NCBI GenBank assembly: GCA_965223545.1
Contig: OZ245006.1
Location: 1,920,001 to 1,984,000 of the forward strand
Length of the DNA stretch: 64,000 bases
Origin: Planctomycetota bacterium
GTDB lineage: Bacteria > Planctomycetota > UBA1135 > UBA2386
Reading direction: 5' to 3'
Below, in pieces: positions 28,754 through 39,210 of this stretch. Every line of letters starts with the position of its first letter. Position 1 is the stretch's first letter. The notes beneath the pieces were generated by a model. The model was not told where the DNA came from. It did not search any database and worked only from the letters and a program-made list of their open reading frames with translations. A program made the translations under genes and the position numbers.

Positions 28754-28858
28754 GGCCAATCGGTACGGCGTGACGCTCACGCGACGGTGAGCGCCGCCTC
28801 CCGCCGGTTTTTGCGCTTGGGCCGTGTGCACCGCGCCACTGGCGCGATGATGATGCGC

Positions 28859-29971
28859 ATGAGCACGCGCCCGAGCTACTGGGACTACATCCGCGTCGAG
28901 GAGCTGCTGTCGCTGCAGGGGGGGCTCGGCGACGACGACCGGCAGCTCAGCAACGACGAGGTGCGCTTCATCACCATCCACCAGATCGACGAGCTGTGGA
29001 TGAAGCTGGCGCTGCGCGAGCTCGAGGCCGCCCGCGACGTGTTCCGGGCAGATCGCGTGCCGGAGACGGAGCTCTCCAAGGTCACCGCCGGCCTGCGCCG
29101 CGCGGTGCTGATCTTCGACCTGGCGGCGCGGCACTTCCAGCTGATGGAGACCATGCGGACGCAGGACTACCTGCGCTTTCGCGACAAGCTGTCGCCGGCG
29201 AGCGGCTTCCAGTCGGCGCAGTTCCGCGAGCTGGAGATCCTGATCGGCCTCGATGAGAAGGACCGACTGCCGTTCGGCAACGAGGCGGCGTTCACCGACG
29301 CGATGCGCGGCGCCGGCGGCGAGATGACCCCGGCGCTGCAGCGCGTGCAGCGCCGGCAGGCGGACCGCCCCACCCTCAAAGAGGCGGTCTACGCCTGGCT
29401 GTACCGCACACCGATCGACGGCTCGTCACCGGCCGACGCCGGCGACGAGGCCGTCGTCGAAGCGTTCATCGAGAAGTTCCTGCAGTGCCACGCAGCCGCG
29501 CTGCAGCGGCAGCAGGAGACCTCGGCCGGCGCGCAGGCGTTGACCGAGGCGGACCAGAAGCGGTTGCGCGAGCGCTACCGCGCCGAGCAGGACAGCGCGC
29601 GGCGCTACCTCGAGGCGCGCGAGGCCGAGGGCGAAACGCGCCGCACCCTGCGCCGCTTGCGCGCCGCAATCCTGTTCATCGACACCAACCGCGACCTACC
29701 GCTGCTCTCCTGGCCCGGCGAGATCGTCGACGGCCTCATCGAGCTCGAGCAGGCATTGCTGGTGTTTCGCCAGCGGCACGCCCGCATGGTCGAGCGCGTC
29801 ATCGGCCGCCGGGTGGGCACGGGCGGCTCCGACGGCGTCGCCTACCTCGACCGCACCGCGCTCGAGTACCGCGTGTTCACCGAGGTCTGGGCGGCGCGCA
29901 CCCTGCTGCTCGCGCCCGAGCACGCGCCGGCGCTGCGCGACGCCGCGTTCTACGACCTGCGGCAGGGGTGA
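28859..29971 (+). CDS. kynA: Tryptophan 2,3-dioxygenase family protein
   Basis: YWDYIRVEELLSLQ, FITIHQIDELW, ASGFQSAQFR, VERVIGRRVGTGGS. Confidence 0.9.
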   Translation: MSTRPSYWDYIRVEELLSLQGGLGDDDRQLSNDEVRFITIHQIDELWMKLALRELEAARDVFRADRVPETELSKVTAGLRRAVLIFDLAARHFQLMETMRTQDYLRFRDKLSPASGFQSAQFRELEILIGLDEKDRLPFGNEAAFTDAMRGAGGEMTPALQRVQRRQADRPTLKEAVYAWLYRTPIDGSSPADAGDEAVVEAFIEKFLQCHAAALQRQQETSAGAQALTEADQKRLRERYRAEQDSARRYLEAREAEGETRRTLRRLRAAILFIDTNRDLPLLSWPGEIVDGLIELEQALLVFRQRHARMVERVIGRRVGTGGSDGVAYLDRTALEYRVFTEVWAARTLLLAPEHAPALRDAAFYDLRQG

Positions 29972-30053
29972 GCGCCATGAAGCCCCCCTGCCATGGGCCG
30001 TTGGCCCCTGCTCGCATTCAAGTCGTGCCGGGCGGGCTCCCGATACAACGTGA

Positions 30054-31076
30054 GTGAGCGGATCCCCCTTCTCCGACCCCCGCTACGCAGAGCTGGGCTG
30101 CAACCACCACCCGGGCCCGGCCTCGGTCGCGGCCCACCTCGCCGCAGTGCACGACCACTTGGGCACCGCTTCCGGCGACGCGACGCGGTGCTTGTGCGCC
30201 GCCAGCGATGACCTCGCGTTGGTCCAGGTCGACCGCAACGGGCTGCCCATGTGCCTCGTCTTGTGCCGAGCATGCGGGATCATCCGTCAGAACCCACAGC
30301 CCAGCTCCGACACCTTGGCGTGGTTCTACACCCGCCACTACCGCGCGATCTACGGCCCGCACGTCGCGGCCGACTCGCTGTACGACGCCTACGCTTGGAA
30401 GGGCCAGCTGGCGGCGCGCGTGCTGGGCGAAGCGGGGGTCGAGCTGGCCGATCGCACGCTGCTCGATGTCGGCTGCGGCGGTGGGTGGGCGCTGCGAGCC
30501 GTGCGTGCTGAGGGCTGCACGAAGATCGGCTACGACTTCGACGAGGAGTTCCTGGCGATGGGGCGCAGTCACCGGCTCGACCTACGTCGCGGAGACGCCG
30601 CGCAAGCGCGCGCCGACGGCGTGGAAGCCGATGTGCTCATCGCGGCACACGTCCTCGAGCACGCCAAAGACCCCGTCGGTTGGCTTGCGGATCTACGGCC
30701 GTTGGCACGCGCTGGCGGCCACCTCTACGTCGAGGTCCCCCACTTCCGCCGGGTGCGCGCGACCTTGGAGTGCGACAGCCGGCGCTATTGGCAACTCGCG
30801 CACCTCTGGGACTTCCAGCGCGCACACGTGGAAGCGATGGCGCGCCGCGCTGGATGGCGCCCGATCCACAGCACCGAAGACGACCAGAGCGTCGAGGTGG
30901 TCTGCGAGCTCGCGGAGCCCGAACCGGAAACGCCGATGCCCGCCATGGGGACGGTGGTCGAGGATCTTCTTCGGCACTGCGAGGCCATGCGCACGAGCAT
31001 GGTCTATCGAGCCAGGCGGGCTGCGTACCACCGCGCCCGTCGCATCAAGCGTGCGCTGCTCGGTCCACGGCGCTGA
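30054..31076 (+). CDS. Class I SAM-dependent methyltransferase with N-terminal Cys pairs
   Basis: CLC, CRACG, LLDVGCGGG, HVLEH, YVEVP. Confidence 0.85.
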   Translation: MSGSPFSDPRYAELGCNHHPGPASVAAHLAAVHDHLGTASGDATRCLCAASDDLALVQVDRNGLPMCLVLCRACGIIRQNPQPSSDTLAWFYTRHYRAIYGPHVAADSLYDAYAWKGQLAARVLGEAGVELADRTLLDVGCGGGWALRAVRAEGCTKIGYDFDEEFLAMGRSHRLDLRRGDAAQARADGVEADVLIAAHVLEHAKDPVGWLADLRPLARAGGHLYVEVPHFRRVRATLECDSRRYWQLAHLWDFQRAHVEAMARRAGWRPIHSTEDDQSVEVVCELAEPEPETPMPAMGTVVEDLLRHCEAMRTSMVYRARRAAYHRARRIKRALLGPRR

Positions 31077-31109
31077 GCGCACACTGGAGACGGCCGCGCA
31101 CTGGTTCCA

Positions 31110-32108
31110 CTACTCCGCCAGCAAGCGCCCGACCTCGGCGACGTCGCCGCGCGAGCCGATGAACAGCGGTGTGCGCTCGTGCAGCTGACTCGGCATCAGG
31201 TCGAGAATCGGCGTGCGGCCGTCGGTGGCATCGCCGCCCGCTTGGCGGGCGACCAACGCCAGCGGCGCGCACTCGTACAACAGACGTAGCTTGCCCTGCG
31301 GCTTCTCGACCTCGCCGGGGTACATGTAGATGCCGCCCTTGATCATGGTGCGGTGGAAGTCCGAGACCAGCGCGCCGATGTAGCGCGCCGAGCGCTTGCC
31401 GCACTCGGCCTCGCCGCAGCGGAACCGGCGCACCATCTCCACCGTCTTGTCGTCCCACTTGCTCTGGTTGGACTCGTTGACGGCGTACGTGCCGCTGCCG
31501 TCGGGGATCTTCATGTCGGGATGGGTCAAGAAGAACGCGCCGATCGAGCGGTCGAGGGTGAAGCCGTTGACCGGGCCGTCCGCCATGGCGTAGACGAACA
31601 TCGTGCTCGGCCCGTAGAGGATGTAGCCGGCGGCGACCTGGTCCGCTCCCTTCTGCAGGAACTCCTCGGTGGCGACGCGATCGCCGGAGCCGGGCCGGCG
31701 GTGGATGCTGAAGATCGTGCCCATGCCGCCGTCGACGTCGACGTTGCTCGAGCCGTCGAGGGGATCGTGCAGCAGCAGGTACTTGCCCGGCTTCTGACCC
31801 TCGAAGTGATGGATGTCGTCCATCTCCTCCGACGCCATGCAGCTGACGCTCTCGACGTTGCGGAAGACCTCGATGAAGACGTCGTTGCTGATCACGTCCA
31901 GCGCGCGCACCTCCTCGTCCTGCACGTTGCGGTCGCCGGTGAAACCCAGCTTGCCGACGAAGCCCGCGCGCATGATCTCGCTCGCGATGATGCGGCCGGC
32001 CAGGGTGACGCGGTTGAGAATCGACGACAACTCGCCGGTCGCACCGGGAGAACCGGCCTGGTCGCGGAGAATCTGGTCGGAGAGGGTGACGCGGCTCGTT
32101 TGGGTCAT
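31110..32108 (-). CDS. fbp: Class 1 fructose-1,6-bisphosphatase
   Basis: ASEE, DPLDGSSN, RYIGALVSDFHR, KLRLLYE. Confidence 0.97.
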   Translation of the reverse strand: MTQTSRVTLSDQILRDQAGSPGATGELSSILNRVTLAGRIIASEIMRAGFVGKLGFTGDRNVQDEEVRALDVISNDVFIEVFRNVESVSCMASEEMDDIHHFEGQKPGKYLLLHDPLDGSSNVDVDGGMGTIFSIHRRPGSGDRVATEEFLQKGADQVAAGYILYGPSTMFVYAMADGPVNGFTLDRSIGAFFLTHPDMKIPDGSGTYAVNESNQSKWDDKTVEMVRRFRCGEAECGKRSARYIGALVSDFHRTMIKGGIYMYPGEVEKPQGKLRLLYECAPLALVARQAGGDATDGRTPILDLMPSQLHERTPLFIGSRGDVAEVGRLLAE

Positions 32109-34009
32109 GGCACGGCTTTGACGACGAAAGTGGCCAGCGGTGGCCCACCGGGATCCGAGCGGACAATGTAGCGCCCCGCGGCTGGAGTAGGAACCGCGAC
32201 GAACAGCCAGACACCGGGCTCGGCACGCAGCAGCGGGCGGCGGTCACCATCGTGTTCGACCGACAGCACGGCACCCGGCGCGCCACACCACTGCACGTAG
32301 CGGAAGCGCGCGTCCGCGGACCGCTCGAGCAACGCGAAGTCGCCCGGCCGCGGCGCGGCCGGCGGCTCGCCGCGGCCGACGCGCCAGTAGAGCACCACCG
32401 CATCGGTCGCCGACCGGCCGGCGTCGACGCCGGGAACGTCGAAGCGGGCGAGCGCGCGCAGCGCCCGGCCGGCGTCGAAGTCGGCGGAGAACCAGCGCCC
32501 GCTGGCGTGACTCTGGGGCGCTTCGGCACTGGTTTGCTGGAACTGCACCGGATGGTCGAGGACGAACCGCACGCCGCGCCGGTCGAGGTAGTCGTCGAGC
32601 GCGCCGGCGCGCAGCGCGGCGAACGCCTCGGCGTTGACCACGCCGTCCAAGTTGACGACCGGCCCGGGCCGGTACCACGCGGCCAACCCCGCGTTGAACA
32701 CGCCGATCGGGACCTCGGCGGGGACCACGCGGTCGACCAGCTGTGCGGCCATCTTCATCTCGTGCTGCCACGGACGCTGTTCGGGCAGCGCGCGCGCTTG
32801 TGCGGCAGCCAGCAACGCGGCGGCGACGGCGGCGGGCCAGAGCCAAGGCGGCCGCCGCGCCGCCGCCAATCCCAGCGCCGCGCACAGAGGCACGCCCAGC
32901 GGCGCGAAGTAGTACGGCCGCGGGTAGTGGCGCCAAACGTGGTGGCAGAGCATCAGCGCGATGGCTCCTGCGAACAGCGCCAACGCGATCCGCGCCTCGC
33001 GCGCAGGCGCGCTCGCGACCGAGCCCGACGCCGTCGAGGCCGCCGGCGACAGCGCCAGAAACAACGCCGCAACCGCCGGCACCTCGAGATCGCGCGCCCC
33101 GGCCACGGCAGCCAGCGCAACCGCGACCGCCGGCCACCACCGGCGGCGCGCTGGCACCCACCGCCACGACACGGCCCACGTCCACACCGCTGCCAGCACC
33201 ACCGACACCAGCGTCCACGGCCCACCCAACGCGCACGGCCGCAGCCACCACCACAGCCGCGCACCGCGCTCGGCGAGACCGGGGTCGGTGGCGGCGAAGT
33301 GCTGCTCGAACAACCACGGGATCGGCTGCGCGCTGTCGGGGACCGCGCGACCGGTGAGCAGCACACAGACCAGCGCCACCGCGACGCCAGCGACCGCGGC
33401 CGGCATCAGCGCCCGCGCAACGCCACCGCCCGACCGCGCCGCAATGCCGAGGAACGGCAGCAGGAGCAAGAGATCCGTGCGCACCAGCCCGGCGAGCGTG
33501 CCGACGATCGCCAATGACACTCCGCCGCGCCGCGCCGCCCACCACAGCGCCAACACCGCGAGCCCGGCGAGCGCGGTCTCCTGCCCGTTCTGCGCCTCAC
33601 TCAGCAGGAACGGATTGCCCGCGTACAACAGCGCCGCCGCGACCGCGACCGCGCCGTGCGCGCGCAGCAAGACACCGATTCCGACCGCGGTCGACACGTG
33701 TAGCACGAGGCCCAGACCATGCGCAGCCACTGGCAGGACGCCGGCGCCCCAGCCCGCTGCGACCACGGCGAGCAGCGCCGACCAGCCGAGCTGCACACCG
33801 TGCGTCGCCACCCCGGGCACGACGCACGGCCCGGTGCCGGCGGCGACGCTGCGCGCCCAGGCGAACTCGTAGTAGGCATCGTCGCGAAAACGCGTCACCT
33901 CGGGCATGGCGCCGAAGTCGAGCCGCAGCACGACCGCCACCGCCGCCGCCGCCGCGATCACGACCAGCGCCGCGACCTCGTACCCACGCGCCGGCCCCGC
34001 CGCGTTCAC
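32105..34009 (-). CDS. Polytopic membrane protein, GT-C glycosyltransferase-like
   Basis: DDAYY after first TM, NGQET, many TM helices, GVFNAG...NLDGVVN; GTGA overlap with upstream gene. Confidence 0.7.
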   Translation of the reverse strand: MNAAGPARGYEVAALVVIAAAAAVAVVLRLDFGAMPEVTRFRDDAYYEFAWARSVAAGTGPCVVPGVATHGVQLGWSALLAVVAAGWGAGVLPVAAHGLGLVLHVSTAVGIGVLLRAHGAVAVAAALLYAGNPFLLSEAQNGQETALAGLAVLALWWAARRGGVSLAIVGTLAGLVRTDLLLLLPFLGIAARSGGGVARALMPAAVAGVAVALVCVLLTGRAVPDSAQPIPWLFEQHFAATDPGLAERGARLWWWLRPCALGGPWTLVSVVLAAVWTWAVSWRWVPARRRWWPAVAVALAAVAGARDLEVPAVAALFLALSPAASTASGSVASAPAREARIALALFAGAIALMLCHHVWRHYPRPYYFAPLGVPLCAALGLAAARRPPWLWPAAVAAALLAAAQARALPEQRPWQHEMKMAAQLVDRVVPAEVPIGVFNAGLAAWYRPGPVVNLDGVVNAEAFAALRAGALDDYLDRRGVRFVLDHPVQFQQTSAEAPQSHASGRWFSADFDAGRALRALARFDVPGVDAGRSATDAVVLYWRVGRGEPPAAPRPGDFALLERSADARFRYVQWCGAPGAVLSVEHDGDRRPLLRAEPGVWLFVAVPTPAAGRYIVRSDPGGPPLATFVVKAVP

Positions 34010-34821
34010 GGCTTGCCGGCGAGGAACGCCCGCACGGAGTCGCCGCACGGTCCGTCCGGCAACAGCGGCAGGGCGTCGTGCCCGGCGCCCGGCGCGACGA
34101 CCAGCGGCGCGTCGAGAGCGGCGGCCACGCGGCGGCCGTGCTCGAGCGGCACGACGCGGTCGGCGTCGCCGTGCAACACCAGCGCGGGACAAGACACCGC
34201 CGCCGCCGCGGCCAGGTTGTCGAACGGATGGCGCAGCAGCCACCGCACCGGCAGCCACGGGAAGTGGTGCGCACCGGCCTCGGCGACGCTGGTCGGCGGC
34301 GCCAGCAGCACCAGGCGGTCGGCGCCGCGCGCCGCGGTGTGCACCGCCAAGAACGTGCCCAGCGAGCTGCCGCCGACCACCAGCGGCAACTGCTGCTCCT
34401 CCGCCCGCGCGCGCGCAAAGGTGTGCGCCACTTCGGCGGCCTCGCGCAGCGCGTCGTACGAAGCGCGCCCGTCGCTGTCACCGTAGCCGGGATACTCGGC
34501 GACGATGGTCTGCAGGTCGTAGAGGGCGAGCTCGGCGGACCAACCAATGCCGCTGCGCAGGTCCTCGCCGTTGCCGAGGAAGTAGAGCATGACGCCGCGC
34601 GCCGGCCCCTTCGGCGCCGCGCGCGCGATGCGGAACCGCTCACCGCCCGGGCGCTGCAGCCACTCGACCACCGCCCCCTGCACGGACGGCAGTGCCGCGC
34701 CCCGCCCCCTGCCGGCACCGGGAAACACCAGCGCCTCCTGCTTGACCCAGACCAGGCCGACCATCAGCGCGTAGCAGGCGGCGACAGCCGAGACGACGAT
34801 CCAAACCATGCGCCACCGCAT
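34006..34821 (-). CDS. Alpha/beta hydrolase with N-terminal anchor
   Basis: YFLGNGE, EYPGYG, GSSLG, LHGDAD, GAGHD. Confidence 0.9.
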   Translation of the reverse strand: MRWRMVWIVVSAVAACYALMVGLVWVKQEALVFPGAGRGRGAALPSVQGAVVEWLQRPGGERFRIARAAPKGPARGVMLYFLGNGEDLRSGIGWSAELALYDLQTIVAEYPGYGDSDGRASYDALREAAEVAHTFARARAEEQQLPLVVGGSSLGTFLAVHTAARGADRLVLLAPPTSVAEAGAHHFPWLPVRWLLRHPFDNLAAAAAVSCPALVLHGDADRVVPLEHGRRVAAALDAPLVVAPGAGHDALPLLPDGPCGDSVRAFLAGKP

Positions 34822-35639
34822 CACGGCGTAGACGCCGTGGCGCGACAAAACCCGTCGAGCAAGTCGGCGAATCGCCGCGCCGCGCGCGCCCCCTCGGCAA
34901 TCACTTCGTCGTGGCTGAGCGGACGCTCGCCGATGCCCGCCGCCAAGTTGCTGATCAAGGAGATGCCGGCGAGCTCGACCCCCATCGCGGCGACCGCGCT
35001 CGCCTCGAGCACCGTGCTCATGCCCACCGCGTGCGCGCCCATCGCCGCCAGCATGCGCACCTCCGCCGGCGTCTCGTAGGCCGGGCCGAGGTTGCCGGCG
35101 TAGACGCCTTCGACCAAGTCGGCGTCCAGCCCGCGCAGCACAGCGCGCAGCGCCGGCGAGTAGACCGCGGTCTGGTCGGGGAAGCGCGGACCCAGCGCGG
35201 GCTCGGCGTCGCCCAGCAGCGCCGACTGCCCGGTCAGGTTGAGATGGTCGACGATCAGCATCAAGTCACCGGGCGAGAACGAGGGATCGATGCCGCCGGC
35301 CGCGTTGGTGATCACCATGCGGCCCACCCCGAGCCGGGCCAGCGTGCGCAGCGGCCGCGCCACCTCGGCCGGCGACCAACCCTCGTACAGATGCACCCGG
35401 CCGCTGAGGCAGGCGACCCGCAGCGTGCCCAGCCGCCCCACCGTGAGGCTGCCGCCGTGCCCCTCGACGCGCGGCACGGGCCAGTGCGGCACCTCGCCGA
35501 ACGGCACTTCGAGCGGATCGCTCAACCGCTCGGCAAAGCCGCGCAGGCCGCTGCCCAGCACCAGACCCAGGTCGGCGCCGTCGATCCCCCGGGCGCGGAG
35601 CGCCGCCACCGCTTCGTCCAGTCGTCGACTCTCAGCCAC
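34821..35639 (-). CDS. punA: Purine-nucleoside phosphorylase (trimeric type)
   Basis: LVLGSGL, GRVHLYEG, TNAAGG, GPAYETPAE, VGMSTVLE. Confidence 0.93.
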   Translation of the reverse strand: MAESRRLDEAVAALRARGIDGADLGLVLGSGLRGFAERLSDPLEVPFGEVPHWPVPRVEGHGGSLTVGRLGTLRVACLSGRVHLYEGWSPAEVARPLRTLARLGVGRMVITNAAGGIDPSFSPGDLMLIVDHLNLTGQSALLGDAEPALGPRFPDQTAVYSPALRAVLRGLDADLVEGVYAGNLGPAYETPAEVRMLAAMGAHAVGMSTVLEASAVAAMGVELAGISLISNLAAGIGERPLSHDEVIAEGARAARRFADLLDGFCRATASTP

Positions 35640-37650
35640 GCATCACTCCTGCCATGCACGCGGTGACGCACGTCGCCACCGCCCCCGCCAACATCGACCG
35701 CACCGCCAAGGCGGCGATGTCGGCGCGGCGGCTCTCGGCCATCGCACTCAACCCGCCGATCTGGATCGCGACGCTGCCCAAGTTGGCGAAACCACACAGG
35801 GCGAACGAGGCGATCAGCATCGTGCGCTCCGACACGGCCCCCGCCGCATCCATCGCGCCGAGCTGTTGGAAGGCGACCAGCTCGGTCAGCGCGATCTTGG
35901 TGCCGAGCAGCTCGGCGAGCAACCGGATCTCGCCCGCCGCCACGCCCATCACCGCGGCCACCGGGCTGAACAGCCATCCCAGCAGCACGCCCACCGACAA
36001 CCCCTCGACGCCGACCCAGGCACCAACGCCGGCCAACATCCAGTCGAGGACCGACACCAGGCCGAGAAAGGCGATCAGCATCGCCGCGACGTTGAGCGCC
36101 AGCCGGAGCCCGTCGAGCGCGCCACTGGCCGCCGCCTCGACGACGTTGTTGGCGCGGTCGCCCGTGCCGCGCACCACGCGCCCCATGGTCTCGCTGGTCT
36201 CGGTCTCCGGCCACAGGATCTTCGACACGACCAAGCCGGCCGGCACCGCCATGACGCTGGCCACCATCATGTGGCCGGGGTCGATGCCGAAGGCCACGTA
36301 CAGCGCGAAGACCCCCCCCGCGATCGTCGCGTAGCCGCCGGTCATCACGGCGTGCAGCTCGCTCATCGTCATCCGCGCCAGGTACGGGCGCACCATCAGC
36401 GGCGCCTCGGTCTGCCCGACGAAGATGTTGCCGCAGGCCGACAGCGACTCGGCGCCCGACGTGCCGAGCAGCCGCGCCATCACCACCGCCATCGCCGACA
36501 CCAACCGCTGCATGATGCCGAGGTGGTAGAGCACCGCCATGAACGAGGAGAAGAAGATCAGGGTCGGCACCACCTGCGTGGCGAACACGAACGCGAACCC
36601 GGGACGCCCGGGCAGCGCCATCCAGGTCGTGCCGTCGTCCAAGGCCAACACGCCGGGGTCGGTCAGGTTGGCGTCGGCGACGATCGGACCGGGCGCCGCG
36701 CTCCACGCGACGCCGTCCTCGCTGCGCGCCGAGAATCCCGCCCCGATGAAGAGCAGGCCCTGCTTGTCCGCCAACAGCGTGCCGCGCCAATCACCGCTGC
36801 CGCGCAGCTCGACCGGCGGTCGCAGCGCGAACGCGAGTCCGTCGGACGACGTGGCGTGGTGGGCGCGGTCGCGAGCTCCGCGCACCGGCGCCAGCAAGTG
36901 CCAGGTGTCGCCGAGCCGAGCCACGGCCGGAGCCGCCAACACCGCGCCCGGCACGCGCAGCCGCTCGCCGGACTCCAGAACACATTGCCCGCCGGGACGC
37001 CAGCGCGCCGACAGCAGCACGGCCTCGCCGGCGCGGTCGCGGTGCGCGGCGAAGTAGAGCCGCAGCGCATCGCCATCGCGCACCAGGCACGGGTCGAACA
37101 CGGTGCGCACGTCGGCGGGCAAGCCTTCGATGACGAGCGGCACCGGCTCTGACCAGCTGCCGTCGGCGGCGCGCTCCGCCGCCGCCAGGCCGGCGAGCGA
37201 TGCGGGCAGCGCCGGATCGCCCCACTCGAACACCGCCCGCGGGACACCGTCGGCGGCGACCGCGAAGGTCGGCGCCGACGCGCCGCTCGCGAGCAAACCC
37301 CGCGCCTCGAAGCGAACGCCGTCGTCCGCTTCGTACAGATGCAGATCCCGCGTCGAGGTCTGGCGCCCGAGGTCGCCGAACACGAACTCGGTGCCGCGCG
37401 CCGACAGGTCCAAGAACCCCTTCACCCCGCGGCCGAGCGATTGCAGCCATTGGTTGCCGGTGTCCCAGTACAGGAACGCGCCGCCGAGGACGACCTGCAG
37501 CAACACGCCGGCGCCGACCAGCCGCCACGAGATCGCCCGACGGTCGCGTGAGGCGAGCACGCACGCGCCGAGCAGCACGCCCACGCCGAGCAGGGACCAC
37601 AGCTGCAGCATCGGCGCTGCATCGGACACCATCGCGGCGGGCGATTCCAC
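35632..37650 (-). CDS. NupC/CNT nucleoside transporter with a ~255-aa inserted soluble domain
   Basis: GTEFVFG, PTLIFFSS, NIFVGQTEAP, GYATIAG, FALCGFAN; insert at about 36601-37365. Confidence 0.9.
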   Translation of the reverse strand: MESPAAMVSDAAPMLQLWSLLGVGVLLGACVLASRDRRAISWRLVGAGVLLQVVLGGAFLYWDTGNQWLQSLGRGVKGFLDLSARGTEFVFGDLGRQTSTRDLHLYEADDGVRFEARGLLASGASAPTFAVAADGVPRAVFEWGDPALPASLAGLAAAERAADGSWSEPVPLVIEGLPADVRTVFDPCLVRDGDALRLYFAAHRDRAGEAVLLSARWRPGGQCVLESGERLRVPGAVLAAPAVARLGDTWHLLAPVRGARDRAHHATSSDGLAFALRPPVELRGSGDWRGTLLADKQGLLFIGAGFSARSEDGVAWSAAPGPIVADANLTDPGVLALDDGTTWMALPGRPGFAFVFATQVVPTLIFFSSFMAVLYHLGIMQRLVSAMAVVMARLLGTSGAESLSACGNIFVGQTEAPLMVRPYLARMTMSELHAVMTGGYATIAGGVFALYVAFGIDPGHMMVASVMAVPAGLVVSKILWPETETSETMGRVVRGTGDRANNVVEAAASGALDGLRLALNVAAMLIAFLGLVSVLDWMLAGVGAWVGVEGLSVGVLLGWLFSPVAAVMGVAAGEIRLLAELLGTKIALTELVAFQQLGAMDAAGAVSERTMLIASFALCGFANLGSVAIQIGGLSAMAESRRADIAALAVRSMLAGAVATCVTACMAGVMRG

Positions 37651-37671
37651 CGGCCGCGGCCGGCCGCGCCG

Positions 37672-38136
37672 TCAGGCGGCGCCGAGCTCGTCGTCCCAGC
37701 GCAGGTCGCGCTCGGCGACCTGCTCCAGGATCTCCACGCGCAACCCCTCGAGCCTGAGCCCGAGGCGGTCCAGCACCTCGGCGGCAACGCCATCATCCTG
37801 CGCGGCGACGCCGAGCAAGAGATGCCCGGCCTCGGTCTCGGCATGCCCCAGCCCGAGCGCCTCTTGGCGCGCCATGTGGACCGCCTCGCGCGCGTCGCGC
37901 GTCCATGGCAAGTGGTCCTCGAAGCCAAGCCGGCCGTCGCGCGACAATCGCGAGCGCAGCGCATCCTCGACATCGACCCAGGTGACACCCGAGCGCGCCA
38001 AGACATCGCGCACGCCGGCGTCCTCGAGCAGCGCCAGCAGCAAGTGCTCGGACGCCACCGCGGGGTGGCGCAACCGCCACGCCCAGGTCAGGGCGCGCGA
38101 CAACACTCCGCCGCTCGAGGTGTCCAGCTGGATCAT
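37672..38136 (-). CDS. Stand-alone Clp N-terminal (repeat) domain protein
   Basis: Two repeats: SEHLLLALL and AGHLLLGV, with AAEVLDRLGL. Confidence 0.85.
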   Translation of the reverse strand: MIQLDTSSGGVLSRALTWAWRLRHPAVASEHLLLALLEDAGVRDVLARSGVTWVDVEDALRSRLSRDGRLGFEDHLPWTRDAREAVHMARQEALGLGHAETEAGHLLLGVAAQDDGVAAEVLDRLGLRLEGLRVEILEQVAERDLRWDDELGAA

Positions 38137-38359
38137 CGACGCCGAGTCGGCGGAGCCCCCCGAGGCCACGTGGCGGCCCCATCGTCTGCCCAATCGTCCG
38201 CGGTTCATCTGAAGAGAGGTCGGTAGAAACCGGTTGTTGCTGTCAGCCGTACTGGCGGCCAGCGGGTTTTGGTGTGTGGGGCTCCGGACTTCGACGTTCG
38301 CAGCCGGGGCCGAGGATCCCAACTTGTGCGGGAAGGAGAAGTGGTGCAAAACTCGCTCG

Positions 38360-39181
38360 ATGACAACGGGCTCTTCGGACGCGGATTTCGCGGCGCCGCT
38401 CCCCGGCACGGCGGAGCGCATTCTGGATGACGGGTCACCGGAGGTCCTGATCCGTGAAGAGCCGCTCTCGATCGAGGTCGGTGGCGAGAGCGTGCTGACC
38501 ATGCGAACCCCCGGCGCCGACGAGGAGCTGGCGACAGGATTCCTGATGACCGAGGACGTTATCCAGTCTCCCGCCGACATCGAGCACGCCGATTGGCAGG
38601 CCGGCGACCCGGCCGCTCTGCGCGCCGACACCATCCGGCTGCGGTTGCGCTCCGCCGCCACCGCGCCGCGCGGCCGGTTGACGCGCACGCACGAGATCCG
38701 CCCGTCCTGTGGTCTGTGCGGCTTCGCCAACCCCGAGGAGCTGCTCGAAGATCTGCCGGCGCTGCTGCCGGCGGCGCCGCGGCTGACCGCCGCCGCCGCC
38801 AGCGCGCTGGTCGCGCGCCTGCCGGCCGTGCAGCCGCACTTCGCCGCCACCGGCGCCTCTCACTCGGCCGCGGTGTTCGCCGCCGACGGCACGCTCTGGG
38901 GCAGCGGTGAGGACGTCGGCCGACACAATGCCCTCGACAAGGCGATCGGTGCGGCAGCGCGCGCCCAGCACGAGCTGGCGCGGGGCATCGCGGTCCTCTC
39001 CGGCCGCGCCGGCTTCGACCTCGTGCTCAAGTGTCTGCGCGTGCGGATCGGCGTGGTGTTGTCGGTGTCGGCGGCCTCGGCGCAGAGCTTCGATTTGTGC
39101 CGCGCCGCGGGCGCGACGCTGGCCGGTTTCGTGCGCGAGGGGCGGATGCGGGTCTATCTGGACGGCGGCCGCCTCGACTGA
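38360..39181 (+). CDS. fdhD: Formate dehydrogenase accessory sulfurtransferase
   Basis: [28 protein letters not shown]. Confidence 0.95.
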   Translation: MTTGSSDADFAAPLPGTAERILDDGSPEVLIREEPLSIEVGGESVLTMRTPGADEELATGFLMTEDVIQSPADIEHADWQAGDPAALRADTIRLRLRSAATAPRGRLTRTHEIRPSCGLCGFANPEELLEDLPALLPAAPRLTAAAASALVARLPAVQPHFAATGASHSAAVFAADGTLWGSGEDVGRHNALDKAIGAAARAQHELARGIAVLSGRAGFDLVLKCLRVRIGVVLSVSAASAQSFDLCRAAGATLAGFVREGRMRVYLDGGRLD

Positions 39182-39210
39182 GGAGGCCGCCGCGCTACCA
39201 TGCGCGGCCC

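Noticed and set aside
26627..29134. Long antisense and alternative-frame ORFs (also 24409-26592, 47898-51227 and many others)
   Set aside because: Arg/Ala/Pro-rich shadows of real genes, expected in high-GC DNA with few stop codons.
28859..29971. Longer-than-usual bacterial TDO
   Set aside because: TDOs with a central helical insertion are known; all core motifs are ordinary.
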